Positions 52,086 through 62,505 are shown, counted from the stretch's first letter. The stretch: 64,000 bases of DNA from Alphaproteobacteria bacterium (GCA_965243135.1 OZ251539.1:3840001-3904000); one strand, 5' to 3'. Notes: generated by a model not told the origin, from the letters alone. Made by a program: numbers and translations.

Positions 52086-53822
52086 TTGATCGATCCGGTT
52101 CTCGCGTCGGTGATTTCGCGCCGCCTCAAGTCGATCACCGAAGAGATGGGGCTGACGCTCTTGCGCACCACGCGGTCGCCGATCCTGAACGAAGCCCGCG
52201 ACTTCGTGACGGGGCTGTACGACGCGAACGGCGACATGCTGGAGCAAACCGAATACATCCCGGTGCTCGCGTTCGCCCTGGAACCGGTCTGCAAGGAGAT
52301 CGTGTCGTTCTTCGGAGACGAAATCCATCCGGGCGACGTGATTCTGCACAACGACGTGTTCAGCGGGGGCAACCAGAACAACGACGTCGCCGTGTTCCGG
52401 CCGGTCTTTCACGACGGAACGCTCGTCGGCTGGGCTGCCTGCAAGGGTCATCAGGCCGATATCGGAGGCGCGCAAGCGGGCGGCTACAACCCCGACGCGC
52501 GCGAGGTCTGGCAGGAAGCGCTCCGCATTCCGCCGCTCAAGATCCACGAGCGCGGCGAACTGCGCAGGGACGTCTGGCGGATGGTGTTCGCGAACATCCG
52601 CTACCCCGTCGTCGAAGAAGACATAAAGGCGCAGATCGGCGGAACCCGGATGGGCGAACGCGGGCTGCTGGATCTCGTCCGGCGATACGGCCTCGAGTCC
52701 TTCGCCGCCCACAAGAACCATTTGTTCGACAGCGCCGAAGCGATGGTCGCGCGGGAGATCGAAGCCATCCCCGACGGCATCTACCGCGGCGAAAGCACCG
52801 TTTTCTACGACGGCGTGACGGACGGCTCGGAAATGCGGATTCGGCTTGCGGTCACGGTCGAGGGCGGGCGCGTGACCTTCGACTTCACCGGCTCTTCGCC
52901 GCCGACCCCCGGCTTCGTCAACGCGCCCGCCGCGGCCACCGCGTCGGCGACGATCCTGACCTTCCTGATGCTGATAGATCCCCGCATCCCGCATAACGCA
53001 GGCCTGTTGCGGCGGATCCGGATCGTCAATCCCGAGGGATCGTTCCTCAACGCGCCGTTCCCGTCGGCGACGACTTTCGGCAACTCGATCACGGGGCCGA
53101 CGTCCGACGCGATCATGAAAGCCTTCGCCGAAGCGGTTCCGGACAGGGTGACCGCGGGCTGGAACCGCTTCCTCGGCTTCGCCGTCACGGGCCGCGACCC
53201 CCGCAAGGACCGGCCCTACGCCGACATCCTGTTTCTCGCGCTGAAAGGCGGGTCGGGCGCGACCCGCGGCGCCGACGGCTACGACCACATCGGCCTCATC
53301 AATTGCGCCGGCGGCATTCTGGCGCAGGACTACGAGATGTTCGAAATCCAGAACCCCCACTTCCTGACGAAGCACGAATACGCCACCGACTCCGCCGGCG
53401 CGGGGCGCTGGCGAGGCGGCCTCGGCGTCGACACGGAGTTTCGCATCGACGGAACCGATGTGACCGCGGTCGCTTTCGGCGACGGAACCGAGGAAGGCGC
53501 GCGGGCGTTCGGCCTGTTCGGCGGAAGGAGCGGATCGCGCAACCACGCCGCGCTGCGCAGTCCCGACGGCGCCGAGACCGTCGCGAAATCCAAGCAGATC
53601 CTGCGCGGAATCGCGCCCGGCACGATTCACCGGCAGACCGCCGGAGGAGGCGGCGGCTACGGCGACCCGTTCGAGCGGCCGGCAGCCCTGGTCGCCGACG
53701 AGGTGCGCGACGGCGTCGTATCGCCGGAAGCTGCGGAACGGGACTACGGCGTCGCCGTCGATCCGACGACCCTGGCGCTCGACCGCGACCGGACGGACCT
53801 GCTGCGAAAGGCGCGAAACTAA
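52086..53822 (+). CDS. Hydantoinase B / oxoprolinase family protein
   Basis: PGDVILHND, HQADIGG, DSAGAGRWRGGLG, GGGGYGDP. Confidence 0.93.
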   Translation: MIDPVLASVISRRLKSITEEMGLTLLRTTRSPILNEARDFVTGLYDANGDMLEQTEYIPVLAFALEPVCKEIVSFFGDEIHPGDVILHNDVFSGGNQNNDVAVFRPVFHDGTLVGWAACKGHQADIGGAQAGGYNPDAREVWQEALRIPPLKIHERGELRRDVWRMVFANIRYPVVEEDIKAQIGGTRMGERGLLDLVRRYGLESFAAHKNHLFDSAEAMVAREIEAIPDGIYRGESTVFYDGVTDGSEMRIRLAVTVEGGRVTFDFTGSSPPTPGFVNAPAAATASATILTFLMLIDPRIPHNAGLLRRIRIVNPEGSFLNAPFPSATTFGNSITGPTSDAIMKAFAEAVPDRVTAGWNRFLGFAVTGRDPRKDRPYADILFLALKGGSGATRGADGYDHIGLINCAGGILAQDYEMFEIQNPHFLTKHEYATDSAGAGRWRGGLGVDTEFRIDGTDVTAVAFGDGTEEGARAFGLFGGRSGSRNHAALRSPDGAETVAKSKQILRGIAPGTIHRQTAGGGGGYGDPFERPAALVADEVRDGVVSPEAAERDYGVAVDPTTLALDRDRTDLLRKARN

Positions 53823-54886
53823 GTGTCGAACAGATCCGGCTGATCGCCCCGGGGCGGCCTGAAGCGGGCGGTATCGAGGGAGAACCCGGGCAGGACGAGT
53901 CCGAACCGCCGGCGCGCCACGAGAAAGCGTTGCCGAATCAGATCGGCGTAGGGCCCGCTGCCCCGCATGCGATCACCGAAACCGGATTCGTACATTCGGC
54001 CGCCCCGGGTCTCGCGCACCGCGGCCAGGACATGCTTCGCCCGCAACGGCGCATGCAGTTCCAGCCATTCGCGAAACAGGTCCTTCAGTTCCAGCGGCAA
54101 TCGCAGCAGAACGTAGCCTGCGCTGCCGGCGCCGGCTTCGCCGGCCGCCTCGAGAATCGCTTCGATCTCGTGATCGTTCAGGGCCGGGATCACCGGCGCG
54201 ACCATCGCGCCGGTCGGAATCCCCGCCTCGGCGAGCCGCCTGATCGTTTCCAGCCGGCGCGACGGCGACGGCGCGCGCGGCTCCATGTCGCGCGCGAGGC
54301 TCCGGTCCAGGGTCGTCACCGAAACGCAAACCTGCACGAGATTCCTTTCGGCCATCGGGGCAAGGATGTCGATGTCGCGGGTGACGAGGCCGGACTTCGT
54401 GACGATCCCGACCGGATGATCGCAAGCGGCAAGCACTTCCAGCACCTGCCGCGTGATTCCGAGCTTGCGTTCGACCGGCTGGTAAGGGTCGGTATTCGCG
54501 CCCAGCGCGAGAACGTCGCAGACGTAGCCCGGCGCGCCCAGCTCCTTTTCCAGCAACGCTCCGGCATCCGCCTTGAAGAACAGCCGGGTCTCGAAATCAA
54601 GCCCTGGAGAAAGGCCGAGAAAGGCGTGGCTCGGCCGCGCGAAGCAGTAGATGCAGCCGTGCTCGCATCCGCGATAGGGATTGATCGAACGGTCGAACGG
54701 CACGTCTGGAGAGTCGTTGCGCGCGATGATGCGGCGCGCCGCGTCCGGCGTCAGCGTCGTCCGCGGAGAGGACGGGACCTCGTCGGAATCCCATCCGTCG
54801 TCCACCGCCTCGACCCGATAGGCCTCGAAACGGCCCGTCGGGTTGGTGGCCGCGCCGCGGCCCTTGCGCGCAAGAGGAATGGTCAT
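53819..54886 (-). CDS. PA0069/Rv2578c-family radical SAM protein
   Basis: GRGAATNP, SINPYRGCEHGCIYCFAR (CxxxCxxC), NTDPYQP. Confidence 0.92.
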   Translation of the reverse strand: MTIPLARKGRGAATNPTGRFEAYRVEAVDDGWDSDEVPSSPRTTLTPDAARRIIARNDSPDVPFDRSINPYRGCEHGCIYCFARPSHAFLGLSPGLDFETRLFFKADAGALLEKELGAPGYVCDVLALGANTDPYQPVERKLGITRQVLEVLAACDHPVGIVTKSGLVTRDIDILAPMAERNLVQVCVSVTTLDRSLARDMEPRAPSPSRRLETIRRLAEAGIPTGAMVAPVIPALNDHEIEAILEAAGEAGAGSAGYVLLRLPLELKDLFREWLELHAPLRAKHVLAAVRETRGGRMYESGFGDRMRGSGPYADLIRQRFLVARRRFGLVLPGFSLDTARFRPPRGDQPDLFDT

Positions 54887-55300
54887 GGCGCCATTATGGA
54901 CCGCGTTTCGGAACGAAACAAGATTCTCGGAGGCTTGCGCGCCGCTCTCTCGGGGAATGCTTTCGGCCCCTTCTCCGCCGCAGCGAAGAACGCTTCGGCG
55001 AACCTTGCGAGCCGCCGTCGGGCGGTCGCCGACTTGCGCCATCGACCGCAGCGGTCGCGCCTTTTCTCCCGCCCCTGACTGGTCGCTGGGGCACGGTCGG
55101 GCACGGTCGGGCTCGCTCCGGGTCTGCGGCGTCGCGCCCCGGTAGCCGGAAATTCGCCTCTTGTCTTGAAGAAAGCCGTCCGCGCCGCCCTTGCGGATCT
55201 GCCGACGGGCGGCCGGAGCGAGGCGCGGACAGCAGCCGGGGGCAACGCATTCGCCTCTCCACTTGACTGCATCGTGCAATATAGAGTATGGAGGCGCATT

Positions 55301-55567
55301 ATGAACGGAACCACATTCGACGCTCTCGCCGCCGCCCGCAACCTTGAAGCAGCAGGCCTCGGGCGCGAACAGGCCGAAGCCATCGCTGCCGCATGCAGAC
55401 AGGCGGCCGGCACCGATCATCACACGCTCGCCACCAAGGCCGACGTCGCCGCCGTGAAAGCCGACGTCGCCGCCGTGAAAGCCGACGTCGCCGCCGTGAA
55501 ATGGGTCCTCGGCTTCGTCGCCGTTTTCGTTGTCGCCATGTCGGCTCGTCTGTTCGGCATAATCTGA
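55301..55567 (+). CDS. DUF1640/CCDC90-like small coiled-coil membrane protein
   Basis: FDAL..LEAAG..EQAEAI, LATKAD, heptads, C-terminal TM; GGAGG RBS. Confidence 0.8.
   Translation: MNGTTFDALAAARNLEAAGLGREQAEAIAAACRQAAGTDHHTLATKADVAAVKADVAAVKADVAAVKWVLGFVAVFVVAMSARLFGII
55439..55501 (+). repeat. Perfect 21-bp x3 coding tandem repeat (ADVAAVK)
   Basis: GCCGACGTCGCCGCCGTGAAA three times. Confidence 0.95.
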
Positions 55568-55814
55568 CGATAGGGTTGGTCGTCAACCGACCCCGAAAGA
55601 TTTCGCGAAAAACGTTTGCGACCGCTTGACCTCGATCGGCGCATGAACGCCGACGGAACCTGCGGCTAAGGCTTTACGCCGTTGAAAATACAGGGTTCGT
55701 CTTCGCGGACATTTCGGGGTGATTCCGAACCCCTGTCAACTCTGAAGCGCAATGGATGCTGTCGGCAATCTCCGCCGGGCAAGCCGAGGTTCCCCGCAAC
55801 CCCGAGCCGCGCTC

Positions 55815-56963
55815 TCACGGCTGGCCCGCGCGCTCCTTCGAAGCGTCGAATTCGGCGAGAAAGCGCGCGGCGGGCTCGATCCGCAGACCGGACGGGTAGG
55901 ACTTGCTTTGCCCGAGCTCGCCGACGACCTGCGTTCTGCCGACCGGTTCGTCCGCGAGGAGCCGCGCGAAATTGCGGCTCGGCGACGCGTCGCGCCATTT
56001 TACCTCGAACATCCGCCACGGGCGTCCGTCCCGCGTGACCAGGAAATCGATTTCCCGCCCCTCGCGGTCCCGCACGTAACGCAGATCGACATCGCAGCCT
56101 TCGACGTCCTGAGCGCGGTGCAGCTCCTTGAGCAGCGCGCATGCGACAAGATTCTCCAGTCGCGACCCGGGGTCTCCCCGCACCATCGCGTTGTCGAAAA
56201 AGTAGTACTTGGGCTCCTTGCTCAGCGCGCGCGCAACGTTCCTGTGGAAGGGCGGCACGCGGAAGATCACGTAGAGGTCCTCCAGCAGGCGCAGCCAATG
56301 CTGCACGGTATTGCGCGACTTCTGCAAATCGCGGGCGAGCGAATTCGCGGAAACCGGGCTGCCGACCCGGGAACGAAGCAATTCGATGAGCGTTTCGATG
56401 GACTGAATGTCCCTGACTGCGGAGAGAGCGAGCAGATCCTCCTTGAGGATAGCGTCGACATGAGCGCGCTTCCATCGGTTGTACCAGGATCTCGACCCTC
56501 GAAGAAACGGCTCGGGAAAGCCCCCGAGCTGCATCAGGCGGTCGAAGATATCGTCCGCGTTCAGATCCGTTCGATTCAGCGCCTCCTTCATGTCGACCGG
56601 ATGCAGCCGGAAGTGGAAATAGCGGCCCGCGAGGGAATCTCCGGTCTTGCGGAACGCTTCGAGCCTGGCGCTGCCGGTGACGATCAGCGCCGGCGGCAAC
56701 CCCTCGACGTCGTATATTCCCTTGAGCCAGGCTCTCCAGCCTTCCATCTTGTGAAGTTCGTCGAGAACGATCAGCGCCTTGCGACGATCCCAGCTCTTCT
56801 CTCGCAGCAACAATCGATGTTCGGCGAGATCGTGATTAATGCATTGATGGTCCGGATGCAGCATCCGAGCGAGCGTGGTCTTGCCTGATTGCCGCGGCCC
56901 CGAGAGCAGCACGATCTTGCAACGGAGGTCTGCGGCGATCGCCGACTGAAGGTATCGTTCCAT
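55815..56963 (-). CDS. AAA ATPase + DUF4143 protein
   Basis: GPRQSGKTT, LDELHK, VTGSA..SLAGR, GGFPEP, EIDFLV, FEVK. Confidence 0.9.
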   Translation of the reverse strand: MERYLQSAIAADLRCKIVLLSGPRQSGKTTLARMLHPDHQCINHDLAEHRLLLREKSWDRRKALIVLDELHKMEGWRAWLKGIYDVEGLPPALIVTGSARLEAFRKTGDSLAGRYFHFRLHPVDMKEALNRTDLNADDIFDRLMQLGGFPEPFLRGSRSWYNRWKRAHVDAILKEDLLALSAVRDIQSIETLIELLRSRVGSPVSANSLARDLQKSRNTVQHWLRLLEDLYVIFRVPPFHRNVARALSKEPKYYFFDNAMVRGDPGSRLENLVACALLKELHRAQDVEGCDVDLRYVRDREGREIDFLVTRDGRPWRMFEVKWRDASPSRNFARLLADEPVGRTQVVGELGQSKSYPSGLRIEPAARFLAEFDASKERAGQP

Positions 56964-57079
56964 GGTCGGGCACCAAGATTCTGACTCCGCATTTTTTCAC
57001 GAAACTGACGAAATGTCGAGTCTTTTCGTCAGTCCGATGACGAAATGTCGGGTCGCGAAACCTCGCCGGACCGGTCTCG

Positions 57080-57685
57080 CTACACAGGGCGGCGCGCCTT
57101 CAGCGCCGTGGTCAGCGTTCCGTCGTCGAGGTAGTCGAGTTCGCCGCCGACCGGCACGCCGTGGGCGAGGCGGGAGATCTTCGGCCTGTCGCCTTGCGGC
57201 AAATCCTCGAGGCGGTCGGTGACGTAGTGCGCGGTCGTCTGGCCTTCCACCGTCGCGGACATCGCGAGGATGACCTCCGCGACGCCGCCGCCTGCAACCC
57301 GCTCGACCAGTTCCGAAATCCTGAGATCCTCCGGGCCCCGTCCGTCCAACGCCGACAACGTCCCGCCGAGAACGTGATAGGCGCCCCTGAACGACGCGCT
57401 GCGTTCGAGCGCCCACAGGTCGGCGACTTCCTCGACCACGCAGATCGTCGTCCGGTCGCGGCCGGCGTCGCAACACAAGACGCACGGATTCTCGGTATCG
57501 AGATTGCCGCATACGCGGCAGGCGCGCACCGTCCGCGCCACTTCCTCCATAGTCCGGGAAAGCGGCTCCAGAAGAGTCTCGCGGCGCCTGACGAGATGCA
57601 GCGCCGCGCGGCGCGCGGATCGCGGTCCCAGTCCCGGCAACCTCGCAAGCAGCCGGATCAGATCTTCGATTCCGGACGAAGGCAC
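57080..57685 (-). CDS. recR: Recombination protein RecR
   Basis: [12 protein letters not shown]4 zinc finger, [19 protein letters not shown]. Confidence 0.96.
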   Translation of the reverse strand: MPSSGIEDLIRLLARLPGLGPRSARRAALHLVRRRETLLEPLSRTMEEVARTVRACRVCGNLDTENPCVLCCDAGRDRTTICVVEEVADLWALERSASFRGAYHVLGGTLSALDGRGPEDLRISELVERVAGGGVAEVILAMSATVEGQTTAHYVTDRLEDLPQGDRPKISRLAHGVPVGGELDYLDDGTLTTALKARRPV

Positions 57686-57713
57686 CGGTCCGAAGGCGGC
57701 GCGGCGGCTTCCG

Positions 57714-58031
57714 TCAGAAACGCAGTTCCGGAGGAAAGGTCAGGCCCCCGGTGGCTTTGGACATCTCTTCCTGGCTGCGGTCGTCGGCCTTGGTCTTGGC
57801 GTCGCCGTAAGCCGCGACGATCAAGTCCTCGAGGACGCCCACGTCTTCGCTGTTGAACAGGGACGGATCGATTTTGATCCGCAGCATTTCGCATTTGCCA
57901 TTGAGCGTCACCGACACCATGCCCCCTCCGGACGCGCCGGAAATTTCCATTTTTCCGAGGCGCTCGCTCACCTCCTGAAAACGGACTTGGACGCTCTGGG
58001 CCTGCCTCATCAAGTTCCCGAAATTCTTCAT
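57714..58031 (-). CDS. ybaB: YbaB/EbfC nucleoid-associated protein
   Basis: [22 protein letters not shown]; between dnaX and recR. Confidence 0.93.
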   Translation of the reverse strand: MKNFGNLMRQAQSVQVRFQEVSERLGKMEISGASGGGMVSVTLNGKCEMLRIKIDPSLFNSEDVGVLEDLIVAAYGDAKTKADDRSQEEMSKATGGLTFPPELRF

Positions 58032-58033
58032 GA

Positions 58034-59794
58034 CTATCCCTCGGCTGCGCCGGCGAGCGCCCCGAAGGGCGCGTCGGCAGTTCGGATTTTTATCTTGGCG
58101 CCGGGAAAAGCGTCCAGCGCCTTCGCGACCGCCGGATGAGCGAGCGCCGCGGCGCGCCGCTCATCTTCCTCTCTTTTCCGCTGTTGCCGCAAAGTGGGCG
58201 ATCCTTCTTCGTCGCAGTTCTCGACCGTCCAGCCGGCGCCGGTCCAATCGCTCAGACGCTCGGCGACCCGACTCGGGAGATCGCGCGGCGCTTCCTCGGT
58301 CAGTCGAAGCGCGATGTTGCCGGCCTCGAACCGCACCAGATGCGCATTGTTGACGAGATAGGCATGCAACAGCGGCTCGCCGCGAGCTTCGAACAGGTCG
58401 ACGGCTTCCACGAAGCTGGCGGGCGAGGCCGCAGGCCTTTCTGCGATCGGGGCGGGCGCAGGCGAAGCTGTCGGCTCAGGCCTTTCGACGACCGGCGCAG
58501 GCGAAGTTGCCGTCGCAGTCCTTTCGACGCCTGGGGCGGGCGAAGTTCCCGCCGCAGTCGCAGGCGAGGCTGCCGACGTTTCGCCGGACGCCGCCGAGGC
58601 CGGGGTTCCCGGCGCTCCGGAGGCAGCGGCAGATTTCCCTCTCAACGCGGCCGCCAGATCCGCCGGAGTGGGCAAGTCGGCGACATAGGCGATGCGAACC
58701 AGCACCATCTCCGCGGCCTGCGCCGCCGACGGCGCGTTGCGCGTTTCCTCGATCCCCTTGAGCAGCATTTGCCAGGTTCGCGCCAGCGCCGCCATGGGCA
58801 GACGCTCCGCAAGGCCGCGGCCGCGCTCCATGTCGAATGCCGGCGCGATGCCCGCCGCGCCCGGCGCGGCCTTCAGCCGCGTCAGCCAATGGGTCAACTC
58901 GGCAAGATCCCTCAGAATCGTTACCGGATCGGCGCCGGCTCCGTACATGGAATCGAACAGTTCCAGCGCCTGGGCGATCTCGCCCTTCATGAGGCGTTCG
59001 AAGAGCTCCACGACATGAACGCGCTCCGCGACGCCGAGCATCTCGCGCACGGCTTCCTCGCCGATCTCCGCGCCGGGCCCGCCATGCGCAACCGCTTGGT
59101 CGAGCAGCGACAGGCCGTCGCGCACCGAGCCGTCCGCCGCCCGGGCGATCAGGGCGATCGCGCCTTCGGAAACGCTGGCGCCTTCCTTGCGCGCGATCTC
59201 GGAGAAATGCCCGGCGAGGACCTCAAGGCCGACGCGGCGCAGGTCGAAGCGCTGGCAACGCGACAGCACCGTGACCGGCACCCGGCGTATTTCCGTCGTC
59301 GCGAAGATGAACTTGACGTGCTCCGGGGGCTCCTCGAGAGTCTTGAGCAACGCGTTGAAAGCGTTGCGCGAAAGCATGTGCACCTCGTCGACGATGTATA
59401 TCTTGAAGCGTCCCGTGACCGGCCGGTAGAGCACCCCGTCGATCAGATCGCGAATGTCGTCGACCCCGGTGCGGCTGGCGGCGTCCATTTCAAGCACGTC
59501 GACATGGCGGTCCTCGGAAATCGACGCGCAGTGCTCGCAAGCGCCGCACGGATTCGGCGTGGGGCCTCCCTGCCCGTCGGCGCCCACGCAATTCAGGGCG
59601 CGGGCGATGATCCGGGCGGTCGTCGTCTTGCCGACGCCGCGCACGCCGGTGAGGATGAACGCGTGCGCGAGGCGGGCGGACTCGATCGCGTTCGACAGCG
59701 TCCGCACCATGGCCTCCTGGCCGATCAGCGTCGAGAAATCGACGGGCCGGTATTTGCGAGCCAGAACGCGATAGGGCTGTGGGGCGTCTGTCAT
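58034..59794 (-). CDS. dnaX: DNA polymerase III subunit gamma/tau
   Basis: YRVLARKYRP, GVRGVGKTT, DEVHML, LKTLEEPP, SRCQRF; Ala/Pro-rich linker. Confidence 0.96.
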   Translation of the reverse strand: MTDAPQPYRVLARKYRPVDFSTLIGQEAMVRTLSNAIESARLAHAFILTGVRGVGKTTTARIIARALNCVGADGQGGPTPNPCGACEHCASISEDRHVDVLEMDAASRTGVDDIRDLIDGVLYRPVTGRFKIYIVDEVHMLSRNAFNALLKTLEEPPEHVKFIFATTEIRRVPVTVLSRCQRFDLRRVGLEVLAGHFSEIARKEGASVSEGAIALIARAADGSVRDGLSLLDQAVAHGGPGAEIGEEAVREMLGVAERVHVVELFERLMKGEIAQALELFDSMYGAGADPVTILRDLAELTHWLTRLKAAPGAAGIAPAFDMERGRGLAERLPMAALARTWQMLLKGIEETRNAPSAAQAAEMVLVRIAYVADLPTPADLAAALRGKSAAASGAPGTPASAASGETSAASPATAAGTSPAPGVERTATATSPAPVVERPEPTASPAPAPIAERPAASPASFVEAVDLFEARGEPLLHAYLVNNAHLVRFEAGNIALRLTEEAPRDLPSRVAERLSDWTGAGWTVENCDEEGSPTLRQQRKREEDERRAAALAHPAVAKALDAFPGAKIKIRTADAPFGALAGAAEG

Positions 59795-59815
59795 TCGTCC
59801 GCGCCGGTGATGAAC

Positions 59816-59909
59816 GGAGACCGGCCTGACGACCCGGAAACATCCCGCTGCGGCTGCTTCCTTCCGGACCTGACCGGGTTCACGGGCGATCCGTCCGCCG
59901 CCGGCCTCC
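59816..59909 (-). ncRNA. ffs: SRP RNA (4.5S)
   Basis: GTCAGGTCCGGAAGGAAGCAGC core with complementary ends; canonical position upstream of dnaX. Confidence 0.93.
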
Positions 59910-59987
59910 TGCGGGCAGTATACCAGACGCCGCGCCTCGACAAAGCCGCCGATTGCGTCCTGCCGGGGTCTGTGCGACTCTTGCCGC

Positions 59988-60884
59988 ATGCACAACCACT
60001 ATGCCGACGTGACGCTGGATCGGGTTGCGCATCTTCGCGCCGACGAAGCTTGGCTGCGGACGCGGCTGGAGGCGCCCGAAACGATCTTCGTCCCGGTCTG
60101 GCGTTCGAAAAACCTGGTCGTCCGGCGGGAAACGCCGCAGGGGGTAATGATGCGCGAGGGCGAGGCCAGAGATCTCGTCGACGCGGCGCGCACAACGGTA
60201 CTGCTGGGCCTGCGCGGCGAAATCGCGCATTTCGCCGTCGACATATCCCATGTCGAGGAAAAGGATCTCGACTCGCTGCGAGGCGCCGCCGAGTTCGTCG
60301 ACCTGCGCTCGGTCGGCGCCGTCATGGACCGAGGCGAGGCGTCGATTCTCGCCTACGCCAAGGGCATCATGCACTGGCATGCGCGCCACGGGTTCTGCGG
60401 CGCGTGCGGCGCGCCCACCCGGATTCGGGAAGCCGGCCATCTGCGGGAATGCGGGCGCTGCGGCGCGCTTCATTTTCCGCGCACGGATCCCGCCGTCATC
60501 ATGCTGGTCGCCAGGGGCGACCGCGTTCTCCTCGGGCGCAAGGCGGAATGGATGGACGGCATGTATTCGACGCTGGCCGGCTTCGTGGAGCCGGGAGAAA
60601 GCCTCGAACATGCGGTCGCCCGCGAAGTCATGGAGGAAGCGGGGGTCGCGGTTTCGAACATCCGGTACCATTCCTCCCAGCCTTGGCCGTTTCCGGCGTC
60701 GCTGATGCTGGGCTTCCACGCCGACGCCGACACCGACGCGTTCACGCGCAACGAAGAGGAACTCGAGGACCTGCGCTGGTTCACGCGGAAAGAACTGGCG
60801 GAGGGCGGCGCGGGAATCTCGCGGCGGCCGCGGTCCGACTCGATCGCGAGGCGATTGATCGACGAGTGGATCCGGCGAGGTTAA
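59988..60884 (+). CDS. nudC: NAD(+) diphosphatase
   Basis: FCGACG..CGRC, FPRTDPAVI, Nudix box, SQPWPFPASLM. Confidence 0.94.
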   Translation: MHNHYADVTLDRVAHLRADEAWLRTRLEAPETIFVPVWRSKNLVVRRETPQGVMMREGEARDLVDAARTTVLLGLRGEIAHFAVDISHVEEKDLDSLRGAAEFVDLRSVGAVMDRGEASILAYAKGIMHWHARHGFCGACGAPTRIREAGHLRECGRCGALHFPRTDPAVIMLVARGDRVLLGRKAEWMDGMYSTLAGFVEPGESLEHAVAREVMEEAGVAVSNIRYHSSQPWPFPASLMLGFHADADTDAFTRNEEELEDLRWFTRKELAEGGAGISRRPRSDSIARRLIDEWIRRG

Positions 60885-61753
60885 GCGCCGGCGCCGCGTC
60901 CTTTGCCCGGCCGCGTTTTACCGCTTCTGAAGGGATCCGCGGGATAGGTGCCGAGAAGGCGCACCTCGCGGGTGAAGAAATCGAGCTCCTCCAGGGCCAG
61001 CCGGACGTCGCGGTCGCGAGGGTCGCCTTCGATGTCGGCGTAGAACTGCGTCGCGAAGAAATCCCCTCCGAGCATGTAGCTTTCCAGCTTGGTCATGTTG
61101 ACGCCGTTGGTGGCGAAGCCGCCGAGCGCCTTGAACAGCGCCGCCGGCACGTTGCGCACCCGAAAGACGAAGGTCGTGATGACCGGCGTCGCGTCCCGCC
61201 GGCGCCTCAACGGGGTGCGCGCCAGGACGAGGAAGCGGGTGGTGTTGTGCTCGGCGTCCTCGATGTTGGCTCCGAGGGAATTCAGGCCGTAGACCTCGCC
61301 CGCCAGCTTCGACGCGATCGCGGCTTCGGCGGGGTCGCCGGCGGCCGCGATGTCGGCGGCGGCTCCCGCGGTATCCGCGTGGACGACGGGCTCCAGTTCA
61401 TGCCGCCGAAGAAAATCGCGGCATTGGCCGAGCGCGTGCACGTGACTGTGCACGCGCTTGATCGTCTTCAGCGTGGCGCCTTCGGGCGCGAGAAGATGAT
61501 GGTTCACCCGCGCGAAATGCTCGCCGACGATATGCAATCCGGATTCGGGCATCAGCCTGTGGATGTCGGCGACCCGGCCGGCCAGCGAATTCTCGATGGG
61601 AATCATGGCGTAGCGCGCGCGCCGGTCGCGCACCGCCGCGAGCGTGTCCTCGAAAGCGCGGGTCGCGAGCGCCCTCAAGTCCGGAAAGTAATCGCGGCAG
61701 GCCAAGTGCGAGTAGGCACCCGGCCGGCCCTGAAATGCGATGGATGCGGGCAT
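60881..61753 (-). CDS. pheA: Prephenate dehydratase
   Basis: IAFQGRPGAYS, PIENS, NTTRF, NMTKLES. Confidence 0.93.
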   Translation of the reverse strand: MPASIAFQGRPGAYSHLACRDYFPDLRALATRAFEDTLAAVRDRRARYAMIPIENSLAGRVADIHRLMPESGLHIVGEHFARVNHHLLAPEGATLKTIKRVHSHVHALGQCRDFLRRHELEPVVHADTAGAAADIAAAGDPAEAAIASKLAGEVYGLNSLGANIEDAEHNTTRFLVLARTPLRRRRDATPVITTFVFRVRNVPAALFKALGGFATNGVNMTKLESYMLGGDFFATQFYADIEGDPRDRDVRLALEELDFFTREVRLLGTYPADPFRSGKTRPGKGRGAGA

Positions 61754-61767
61754 GCAGTTGCGAGCCG

Positions 61768-62505
61768 TCAGAAAGAACCGGCCGCGAGCAGCGCCCGCGC
61801 CCGGTCGAGATCCGCCGGAGTATCGACGCCGATCGGAACCGTGTCAACGAGCGTCACGTCGATTCGCATCCCGGCCTCGAGCGCGCGCAATTGCTCGAGC
61901 CGCTCCGCGATCTCCAGACGGCCGGGAGGCAACGCGACGAAGCGGTCGAGAGCGCCGCGCCGGAAGCCGTAGAGACCGAGGTGGTGATAATGCGGACCGG
62001 CGGGCGGCACCGTCGCCCGGCTGAAATAGAGCGCCCGCCCGGTCCGCTCGTTCCCGCAAAACGCGATCACCGCCTTGACGACGTTCGGGTCGGCCCGCTC
62101 GCGATCGTCGGAGATTTCGACGGCGAGGGTCGAAATATCGACGGCAGGCTCGGCGAACGGCGTCAGCGCCTCGGCGATCGCGCCGGGATCCACCGTCGGC
62201 AGATCGCCCTGCACGTTGACCACGACGTCGTGCCGTCCTTCGGGATCGATGCGGCGCACGGCCTCGCAGACGCGGTCGGATCCGCTCGCGTGACCGGGTT
62301 CGGTCATCACCGCCCGCCCGCCGGCGGCCTCCACCGCAGCGGCGATTTCGGGATCGCCGCAGGCGACGACGACCGGGCCGATGCCCGCCGCCGCCGCCCG
62401 CCGCCAGACATGGACGATCATCGGCTCTCCCAGAAGATCCGCCAGCGGCTTGCCGGGAAACCGCGTGGCGGCCAGGCGCGCAGGAATGACGAGGACGGGA
62501 TTCAC
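61768..62505 (-). CDS. kdsB: 3-deoxy-manno-octulosonate cytidylyltransferase
   Basis: IPARLAATRFPGKPL, SGSDR, NVQGD, ERLEQLRALE. Confidence 0.95.
   Translation of the reverse strand: MNPVLVIPARLAATRFPGKPLADLLGEPMIVHVWRRAAAAGIGPVVVACGDPEIAAAVEAAGGRAVMTEPGHASGSDRVCEAVRRIDPEGRHDVVVNVQGDLPTVDPGAIAEALTPFAEPAVDISTLAVEISDDRERADPNVVKAVIAFCGNERTGRALYFSRATVPPAGPHYHHLGLYGFRRGALDRFVALPPGRLEIAERLEQLRALEAGMRIDVTLVDTVPIGVDTPADLDRARALLAAGSF

Larger units (their letters stand above)
48350..52089 (+). pseudogene. Hydantoinase A / 5-oxoprolinase subunit, interrupted by an IS
   Basis: GVDVGGTFTD..HGTTVATN at 48350-48861 continues as HAYAN..LSGPAAG..DMGGTS from 50520; removing the IS and one TSD restores FMHAYAN. 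Confidence 0.92.

Noticed and set aside
55439-55501. Possible CRISPR array
   Set aside because: Repeats are contiguous with no spacers, lie in frame in a CDS, and no cas genes are present.
58420-58640. Imperfect SPAP repeats in dnaX
   Set aside because: Ordinary variable Ala/Pro-rich tau linker; no slippery frameshift site noticed.
58136-61972. 1278-aa + strand ORF and other long ORFs such as 191-2455, 24789-26888 and 38841-40706
   Set aside because: Antisense or alternate-frame shadows of well-supported genes in GC-rich DNA; no motifs of their own.
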